Assembly (NCBI GenBank): GCA_044225505.1
Contig: JBGAIN010000051.1
Location: 1-45,582 of the forward strand
Reading direction: 5' to 3'
DNA from: Limisphaerales bacterium
Lineage (GTDB): Bacteria; Verrucomicrobiota; Verrucomicrobiia; Limisphaerales; SIBE01
DNA length: 45,582 bases
The notes beneath the pieces were generated by a model, which saw only the letters and a program-made list of their open reading frames with translations, was not told the origin of the DNA and ran no database searches. Shown piece by piece: positions 39,435 to 45,582 of this stretch. Position numbers and translations under genes: made by a program. Within the stretch, counting starts at the first letter, position 1, and each line of letters opens with the position of its first letter.

Positions 39435-41407
39435 GGGGTGGCAGTTTTTCCTGGGCTCCCGGTCTCGAAGGACGCGCTGTACGGGGCTCCGAGGTCGATC
39501 CATTGAATGATCGTCCGGAGTTCTTCCGGAGTCAGCGGTTCCCCTTTGCCCGGCGGCGGCATCGGCGAAATTTTTGCCTTTGGCTTGGCGCGGTCTCCAT
39601 CCCAGAGCCGCGACGTGTTGCGTCCGGTCAGTTGCCACGTCAGCCAACTCGTGCGCGCCTGGCCCGCCTCGACATAGCGGTGGGGCGGTGGACCCGCGGT
39701 TCCATCCGCTTCGTCAAGCTTGAGGAGCGCGGCATAAGCCTTCTGCAAAGCTTCTTCCCCGGGCTTCGATTCGCCCAGGGCGAGCGGCAACGGCGAGTCC
39801 GGCCCACCATGACAGTCCGCGGCCGCGCAATGCCGCTCCAAGATCGGCGCGATATCTTCCCGGAACGAAATGGTCCGCCGCACTCGCGCTGGAAGCACCA
39901 GGCGATCGGATGGCCGGCGCAGTGCCAGGACGTATTCGTTTTCGGGAACCCGTTCGGGATCTTCATGACAGCCAATGCAGCCGCGCTTTTCTTTTGGCTT
40001 CACCCAAATCCAGCCGCAGGTCGCCAAGGCCAATCCTTGCTCGTCCAGACTCTGCAGGAGCATCGGGGTGTCCGCGGGAACTTCCACATTGAATGATCCA
40101 TCCGCTTCGACAGGAGCTTCGCCAATCAGACGGCGTCCGACAAAAGGACCGCGCACCTCCGCTTCGTGAGCGGTCGCCGAAACCTTTTGCCGCACGCCTT
40201 CGATAAACCGCACCTTCTTGACCGTGCCCGGCCGCAGCTGCGACTTGAACCGCGCATCCGCGTCATAACAGTTCAAGCCGTAGAACAGGCCTGTGCCCGC
40301 TTTCGTGTCGACCACCGTGGAGTGTCCATCTGGCCGCTTGCGATTTTCCACGAGCACCGCTTGAACTTCGTGCAACTCTGGCGTGTCAAACACCCGCTCG
40401 CACTGGCGCGAATCCGCGTCGAACGAGACAATGCCCCAATTCTGACGGCCGCTCTTGCTGCGCCGCGCCGCTAGAACCCGGTTGTCGCGCAATGGGGCAG
40501 GGGAACGGAAGAGAAACACCGGGTCCGAGGTCAAGGCTCGGTAGGTCACGTGCGGCCGCTGCGCTTGCACGCACGCGAGTTGTCCCGCACCGTCCGCTGT
40601 GACGCGATCGCTTTCGATGAACACGACTAAACCCCCGGGCGTGGCGCAGGGCATCCATTGGATCGATTGGCCCAGTTCTCCGCCATACGCTTCCATGTCC
40701 GTGCCTTCGACGTGAATGGCGTAGAGCCCAAAACGGGCGGGCCATTCCTGCCCCACGCTGGGCGACCGTTCCGCCGCATAGAGAACTCGTCCATCCCACA
40801 TCTGAAACGGATCCACGCTGTGATTGGGATTAAACGTGACCTGGCGCAGGTCTGTGCCATCGAGTTTCACGTTGTAGAGACTCGAAGCCGAAAGTCGCCC
40901 GAACTCGTTGAGCTCGGTTTCACGGCCGACAAAGACGGTGGCCGCCCACGGTTCCGGAGAGTCCAGGGTGAAGAGCGTCGCGGCGTAGATAGGATGTCGG
41001 GCGTTCATGCGCTCCGGGCTGATGGCCCGCAACCCCTCGCCATTCAGCCCCATTTCCCAAATTCTCCAAATTCCGCCTCTTTCCTTCCTGCCGGCAAACA
41101 ACACATGTTGGCCGTCAAACGAGACATTGGGATCACACGCGGCGTCGAATCCGCCCGAGAGCACGCGCCAATTCCCGTCCGGCATGACGATAATCAGCCG
41201 CGCCTGGTCCATCGCATCGCGCCGATTCCACAGGCCCGACTCGATTTCTGCATCGACCGCTTCGTCTTGAACGGGAACTTGAGTAACGATTATCGGAGCG
41301 GGCAGCGATACCGTGGCCTGCTCTGCCCCCACCTCTCCCAACATCCCAGCGCTCACCAGCAGCGCTGGAACCCAGAGCACGTCGAACACACGCCCGCCCC
41401 AACTCAT
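39431..41407 (-). CDS. Hydrazine synthase alpha (HzsA)-related heme c protein
   Basis: ATG 41407 with GGAGGGGAGG RBS and signal peptide; TolB-like propeller (ACDPNVSFDGQHVLFAG, WRIWEM, DGRVLYA); HZS-alpha middle-domain-like GEAPVEADGSFNVEVPADTPMLLQSLDEQGLA...CIGCHE; C-terminal SFREDIAPILERHCAAADCH...MPP...IQWIDLGA cytochrome domain. Confidence 0.8.
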   Translation of the reverse strand: MSWGGRVFDVLWVPALLVSAGMLGEVGAEQATVSLPAPIIVTQVPVQDEAVDAEIESGLWNRRDAMDQARLIIVMPDGNWRVLSGGFDAACDPNVSFDGQHVLFAGRKERGGIWRIWEMGLNGEGLRAISPERMNARHPIYAATLFTLDSPEPWAATVFVGRETELNEFGRLSASSLYNVKLDGTDLRQVTFNPNHSVDPFQMWDGRVLYAAERSPSVGQEWPARFGLYAIHVEGTDMEAYGGELGQSIQWMPCATPGGLVVFIESDRVTADGAGQLACVQAQRPHVTYRALTSDPVFLFRSPAPLRDNRVLAARRSKSGRQNWGIVSFDADSRQCERVFDTPELHEVQAVLVENRKRPDGHSTVVDTKAGTGLFYGLNCYDADARFKSQLRPGTVKKVRFIEGVRQKVSATAHEAEVRGPFVGRRLIGEAPVEADGSFNVEVPADTPMLLQSLDEQGLALATCGWIWVKPKEKRGCIGCHEDPERVPENEYVLALRRPSDRLVLPARVRRTISFREDIAPILERHCAAADCHGGPDSPLPLALGESKPGEEALQKAYAALLKLDEADGTAGPPPHRYVEAGQARTSWLTWQLTGRNTSRLWDGDRAKPKAKISPMPPPGKGEPLTPEELRTIIQWIDLGAPYSASFETGSPGKTATP

Positions 41408-41982
41408 TCCTCCCCTCCGCGCACCAAAATGGCAATCGCTTCGATCTCGACCAGAAGGTCGCTCCGGCAAATCCGCGCTTGGATCGCGGTGCTCGCCGGA
41501 AATGGATCAAGGCCCAGCGCGTGAAAGAACTCGTTCCGGACCGCGTTAAAGTCATGATAATCGCGCTCGATATCGCGGATGTAACACGTGGTTCGGACGA
41601 TGTCCTGCCACGTGGCCCCTTCGCTTTCAAGCAACCGCGTAATATTATGATACGTCCGCCAGAGCTGCGCCCGGAAGTCTCCTTCATAAAGCGTCTCGCC
41701 TTTCTCTCCGACGCTCGCCGTTCCGCTAATCAGCAACTGGGTTACCCCGCCGGGCAGCTCGACACGCAGTCCTCGGGTAAAAGCACTCCCGTAAGCAGGG
41801 GCTTCGTTCAACACGTCCGGCGCTTTAATCGCCTTCTTTTTCACCGGACGACGGGTCTGCGGCATTTTCTTGATCATCCCAGGCGCGGCATAATCTCCCG
41901 GTGGCAACCCTAACGCACGACGCTCCGTCTTTTCCGCTTCTGTCACATTGCCGTTTATCATCAGTTTCGTCTCGTGATTCAT
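41404..41982 (-). CDS. Rid (YjgF/YER057c/UK114)-family protein, FkbO/Hyg5-like C-terminal motifs
   Basis: SAFTRG, LLISGTASVG, GDFRAQ, NITRLL, ARICRSDLLVEIEAIA. Start may be downstream (41877 or 41865). Confidence 0.85.
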   Translation of the reverse strand: MNHETKLMINGNVTEAEKTERRALGLPPGDYAAPGMIKKMPQTRRPVKKKAIKAPDVLNEAPAYGSAFTRGLRVELPGGVTQLLISGTASVGEKGETLYEGDFRAQLWRTYHNITRLLESEGATWQDIVRTTCYIRDIERDYHDFNAVRNEFFHALGLDPFPASTAIQARICRSDLLVEIEAIAILVRGGEE

Positions 41983-42050
41983 AGGAGTGATCGTGCCCGG
42001 AGCTCGTGCCGTGACGCCATTCCACCTGTGACCTGGCGCCTCAGTGATAG

Positions 42051-42070
42051 TTGTAACGCTGCTATTACAA
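42051..42070. promoter_or_regulatory. Palindromic candidate transcription-factor site TTGTAA-N8-TTACAA
   Basis: TTGTAAcgctgctaTTACAA, AT-rich inverted repeat in the divergent intergenic region about 70 bp upstream of the Rid ORF. Confidence 0.5.
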
Positions 42071-42435
42071 TCGAGCTTAACCGCTTTTGCGGTGAAACGG
42101 ACGGCGAAATGGCCAGGTGGAGGTGCCGCAGGGCAGAATGGTGGTGTGCAGGGGTGAAAAGACGGCTAACGAATTGGGCGCTAATGATGTCGTATGGTAG
42201 AATCAGAAGAGCTGTTTATAAGCCACATTCGAGATACGCGATTCTCAGCTTGATCTCACGCAGGATACAGCTGCTGGTTAGAGATGCTTTCTGTCCGCCT
42301 CGATTTCCAACGCCGCCGTCCAGTTCTCCAAGCTTCGTTTTGCTATCGCTTCCTTCCGCAAAAACCGGTGACTAACCTTGACAATACCTCGAATCTTCAG
42401 CTCTGGTGCCTGTTGTAATCAACGACGTGCTTTTC

Positions 42436-44496
42436 ATGAAAGCGATTTCTCTCCTCCTCGGGAGTGTGGTGTTACTAGCCGCTTCCGCGCCACTTTCAGC
42501 AATCGATTCCCGTCTGGAATTAGCCGTGGACGATGCTGGGGCCTGCGTGGGACTGCATGTCGGGGCGGCGCTCCTCGACTGGAGGCCTGAACTCGGATCG
42601 GGCAGTCGTCTGGTGGAAAACGAAGCAAGAAGTTCCACGGCTCAGGCAGAGCGAGTGGACCGTTTCAGTTCTGACGCCAATGGGCTGCGCTGGAAACAGA
42701 CGTTTCGGAACCTCACAGAACATCCGATCGCCATAGGGCCCAGCTTCGAAGTTCATTCCAGCGAAAGCTCGTCCTGGAGGACGCCAGGGCTGCCGCTGGA
42801 GGTGCGAATCTTTTCCAAAGCTGGCTTGGGAGTCACGCTCCTCCAGGCGCCCAACGAGGCGATCTGGTCTAATAACCGCCGCTTGGAGCCTGGAGCGAGC
42901 CTGACCTTTACCGCCTTGATCCGGGCCCATGCGGCCGACTGGCGGCCTGGAATGGCAGCCCTGGTTGCAGCCTACCCCGAGTTCATGAATCCACCCAACC
43001 CTCGCGTCCACCAGGTGGCTGGGGGAGGCGCTTACTCCGCGGCCGAGAATGTTCCTGACATCGACCGGGCCCTCAAGATCGGGTTCCAGGTGAACTGGAA
43101 AGCGAGTTTCGATTTTACCGGGATTGGAGTTTTTGTCGCTCCTTCCCCCGTCCCTGTGGAGACGACGTGGACAGATATTCGCGGTAAAACCACTTCCATT
43201 GCCAAAATGGCGCGCTATGCCACCGCCATGAAGCAGGCGGGATTTCACGTGCTGAACTATTTCAATGTGACCGAGGCCGGTCATGAGATTCAAAGCCGTC
43301 CTCCCCCACGGGTCGCGGAACGGGATGAGGATCTATGGCGCCGCCCGAACGATTGGGTTCATTACGCCATCCGCGATGCCGTCCTGGAAACGGAGAAGCG
43401 AGACCTCCTTTATACCGACTGGGAAGGGTGTGTGGTAGTGGATCCAGCCGAGCCAAAATACCGCGCGCACCTCCGAGATCAGGCGACGCGCCTGGTCCAT
43501 GACATCCCCGACGCGGACGGCGTCTGCGTGGATCGAATGGATCACTTAGGCAAGCTGAATAGGCGCCGCTCGGACGGTCTCGGCATGTACCCCGGATCGT
43601 CCGGAGGCGCCCGGCTGCTCGTCTCCTGGATGGATGTGATGGATGAACTCGGCCCCATCTTTCACAAAGCCGGGAAAGTGATGTTCGGCAATCCCATACG
43701 CCACTATTCCCTAGCGGCTTTCCAGCATCTCGATGGCCTCTATACCGAGTATTGGGATGAACTCGAAGCTTGCGCCATGCTTTGCGTGATCAAACCCCTA
43801 ATCGTTTGGAGCGGAGACTATAGCGACGCCGGTATGCAAAAACTGTTGCACTTTGGCGCCTGGCCAACTTGTCCGATGCCCGGGAACGATCATTCTCAAG
43901 CGCCCGATCCCAGCATCGAGACGATGCTCCAGGATTACGCCCCGATGTTCGAAGCTCTCCGCGGACGACGCTGGGCCTTGCACGCCAACCCCATCCAATG
44001 CCGTTCACCCCAGCCCGCCCGAGCGAATCTCTTTGTCGTTCCAGGGGGTTACGTGGCGGTCGTCACCGATTTGGGCGCCGCGGACTCCACGGTGGTTCAA
44101 CTGCCCGAGCTGCCGCTTCCCTCTGGAGTCGAGGACCTTAAGGCCTGGCAAATAACGCCTGGGCAACCGTGGGCGCCCGTCGCACTGTCCAGACAAGGCC
44201 GCGATTGGCTCGTCTCGATCCCGCTTCGACGCGGATGTGGCATGGTCCGGCTTCATTGGGCTTGGATTGAACCGTTTCAGCGAGGATGGACTGTTCGCCC
44301 CGCGATCCAGTTGCGAACGACTGTGCCCAACGCCCTTTTCCGGGCCACGGTGGACGGCACCCCAGCGATGGCCGATTCTCCCGTTTGGAAGCCAGTTGAG
44401 AATGTGCCTGCGTTACTCGAAGTCCGAACGCGGGTTTGGAAAGATGGCCGACAAGTTGGAGACGAGCTGGTGGCTAATTTTGTCCAGGCGCGCTAG
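42436..44496 (+). CDS. Secreted hypothetical protein, probable glycoside-hydrolase-like TIM-barrel
   Basis: Signal peptide MKAISLLLGSVVLLAASAPLSA; GFHVLNYFNVTE, VVDPAEPKYRAHL, ADGVCVDRMD, LDGLYTEY resemble catalytic strands of clan-D-like hydrolases. Confidence 0.55.
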   Translation: MKAISLLLGSVVLLAASAPLSAIDSRLELAVDDAGACVGLHVGAALLDWRPELGSGSRLVENEARSSTAQAERVDRFSSDANGLRWKQTFRNLTEHPIAIGPSFEVHSSESSSWRTPGLPLEVRIFSKAGLGVTLLQAPNEAIWSNNRRLEPGASLTFTALIRAHAADWRPGMAALVAAYPEFMNPPNPRVHQVAGGGAYSAAENVPDIDRALKIGFQVNWKASFDFTGIGVFVAPSPVPVETTWTDIRGKTTSIAKMARYATAMKQAGFHVLNYFNVTEAGHEIQSRPPPRVAERDEDLWRRPNDWVHYAIRDAVLETEKRDLLYTDWEGCVVVDPAEPKYRAHLRDQATRLVHDIPDADGVCVDRMDHLGKLNRRRSDGLGMYPGSSGGARLLVSWMDVMDELGPIFHKAGKVMFGNPIRHYSLAAFQHLDGLYTEYWDELEACAMLCVIKPLIVWSGDYSDAGMQKLLHFGAWPTCPMPGNDHSQAPDPSIETMLQDYAPMFEALRGRRWALHANPIQCRSPQPARANLFVVPGGYVAVVTDLGAADSTVVQLPELPLPSGVEDLKAWQITPGQPWAPVALSRQGRDWLVSIPLRRGCGMVRLHWAWIEPFQRGWTVRPAIQLRTTVPNALFRATVDGTPAMADSPVWKPVENVPALLEVRTRVWKDGRQVGDELVANFVQAR

Positions 44497-44551
44497 GTTT
44501 GGATCGAACCAAGCCTCTGATTCGCCTCTGGATGGCCTCTTCATTCGGACG

Positions 44552-44858
44552 TGACCCACTGGTGGCCCACTTCCAAGTGGGTGACCTGTGGGTCAGCAGC
44601 GAAAGAACTCCCCATGACGTTCGGACCGCGACGGGTGCGAAGTGCCAGTCGCCGAATTCCCGCGTTCGTAACGTATTCATCGACATTAACTTCAGCCGAT
44701 TGGCCGGTCTGTGGTTCGTGGTGACAATTGTCACCGGATCTGACCTCCTTGGGAACGGTCCGTTCCCAAAAACAACTGATCGCCCCGGGATTTGTCGCAC
44801 ACTCCGTCCGCAAATTGCGGACGCCGCAACTTCATGGGGGCGCGGACTTCCAGTCCGC
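44552..44858. repeat. Cluster of inverted repeats in a non-coding spacer
   Basis: Nested hairpin 44552-44595, perfect GGTGACAATTGTCACC 44720-44735, TTGGGAACGG-T-CCGTTCCCAA 44749-44769, TTGCGG-ACG-CCGCAA 44815-44829, GCGGACT-TCC-AGTCCGC 44842-44858. Confidence 0.65.
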
Positions 44859-45027
44859 AGGAACGGGCGCGCGGAGGACAGGTTGCGGATGATTCCGGGC
44901 GCAGTCGGCCAGTCGAGGCTTCGGGCGGAATAAATTCATCACATCGATCGAGATCCGGGAAAATTGATGACAAAGCAGGCGGATTGGGCTGGGCCGAAAG
45001 GAGAAGCAGAAAGTTGCGTCTGGATAG

Positions 45028-45043
45028 TTGACTAAATAGTAAA
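45028..45043 (+). promoter_or_regulatory. Candidate autoregulatory operator overlapping a -35-like TTGACT
   Basis: TTGACTAAATAGTAAA, imperfect 16-bp inverted repeat about 50 bp upstream of the tetR start. Confidence 0.45.
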
Positions 45044-45094
45044 ACTGAGGCAAGTTTTCCACGTGTTCGGGATTATCGAGCTGAAAGAGTCGCT

Positions 45095-45582
45095 ATGGGC
45101 CGCGTGAGTGATGCTAAAGAAAGATTGATGTGCGCCGTCCGGGATTTGATCTGGGCGGGCTCTTACGGCACAACCACGATCGACCAGATCTGTGAGAAGG
45201 CTGGGGTTAAGAAAGGGAGCTTTTATTATTTCTTCGAGTGCAAAGCGGAACTGGCAGTGGCAGCTATTGAAGAAGAGTGGCAGCAGCGCCGGGGAGAGTT
45301 GGATTCGCTCTTTTCACCGACCGTTCCTCCCTTGGAACGACTACGTCGGTATTGTGACTATGTTTATCAGATGCAAGGAGAAATACACAGTAAATGTGGC
45401 TGTGTCCTGGGGTGTCCGTTGTTCTCAGTAGGGGCGGAAGTGAGCACTCAGGAAGGCGGCATGCAGAAGAAGATTCAGGAGATTCTGGAGTATAAACGGA
45501 AGTACTTGGAATCTGCGATTCGGGATGCGCACGGGTTGGGTCTGATTTCGGCTCCTGATCCCGCTGGGAAGTCGCGAATTTT
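45095..45582 (+). CDS. TetR/AcrR-family regulator, NemR-like (3' partial)
   Basis: Manual translation: MGRVSDAKERLMCAVRDLIWAGSYGTTTIDQICEKAGVKKGSFYYFFECKAEL...KCGCVLGCPLFSVGAEVS; open to the window end, so absent from the ORF track. Confidence 0.9.
   Translation, partial: MGRVSDAKERLMCAVRDLIWAGSYGTTTIDQICEKAGVKKGSFYYFFECKAELAVAAIEEEWQQRRGELDSLFSPTVPPLERLRRYCDYVYQMQGEIHSKCGCVLGCPLFSVGAEVSTQEGGMQKKIQEILEYKRKYLESAIRDAHGLGLISAPDPAGKSRI

Noticed and set aside
34848..41407. Calling the genes bona fide hzsA/hzsB/hzsC and the organism anammox
   Set aside because: The alpha-like protein is about 658 aa with altered heme motifs, the order and accessory genes differ from anammox clusters, and no HAO/HDH genes are in the window; only homology-level similarity is supportable.
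41985..42025. Sigma-54 promoter from GGCACG copies on the minus strand
   Set aside because: Neither copy has GC at the required GG-N10-GC spacing.
41974..42375. 133-aa ORF in the divergent intergenic region, and short ORFs in 44474-45062
   Set aside because: No motifs or clear RBS; the regions look regulatory or non-coding.
1..45582. CRISPR arrays, tRNA/rRNA genes, transposases or integrases
   Set aside because: No regularly spaced direct repeats, RNA-gene signatures or recombinase motifs noticed by eye; a covariance-model scan would be needed to exclude small RNAs.

Overview
GC-rich, gene-dense bacterial window; the gene content is suggestive of the PVC/Acidobacteria range such as Verrucomicrobiota, but this is inference. 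Left part: partial YycJ/WalJ-like metallo-hydrolase, SWIM-SNF2 helicase, two glycoside-hydrolase-like genes with a divergent Tat-exported Gfo/Idh/MocA oxidoreductase, a TetR-controlled RND efflux operon with two visible operator copies, a secreted Ig/PxKF-like protein, and a pyroglutamate operon (pxpB-pxpC-pxpA-DUF969-frameshifted DUF979-pcp). The most interesting part is 22.4-42 kb, two convergent operons. Minus strand: Rid-family protein, hydrazine synthase alpha (HzsA)-like heme protein, CRTAC1/ASPIC-UnbV protein, a 10-CxxCH fusion (two c554-like tetraheme domains, YVTN propeller, di-heme peroxidase-like domain, i.e. an HzsB/HzsC-like layout with a fused electron carrier), a propeller protein, two orphan LivJ-like binding proteins and a DUF5060/DUF4038 protein. 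Plus strand: CRTAC1, TPR-FG-GAP-UnbV protein and a nitrilase-family hydrolase. Together they look like an uncharacterised hydrazine-synthase-like periplasmic system outside an anammox gene context. The window ends with an unclassified hydrolase-like gene, a palindrome-rich spacer and a partial Cys-rich TetR. Several single-base indels (about 18953 and 34620-34860) may be sequencing errors. No rRNA, tRNA, CRISPR or transposase was seen. Family calls are from motif recognition by eye, not searches.
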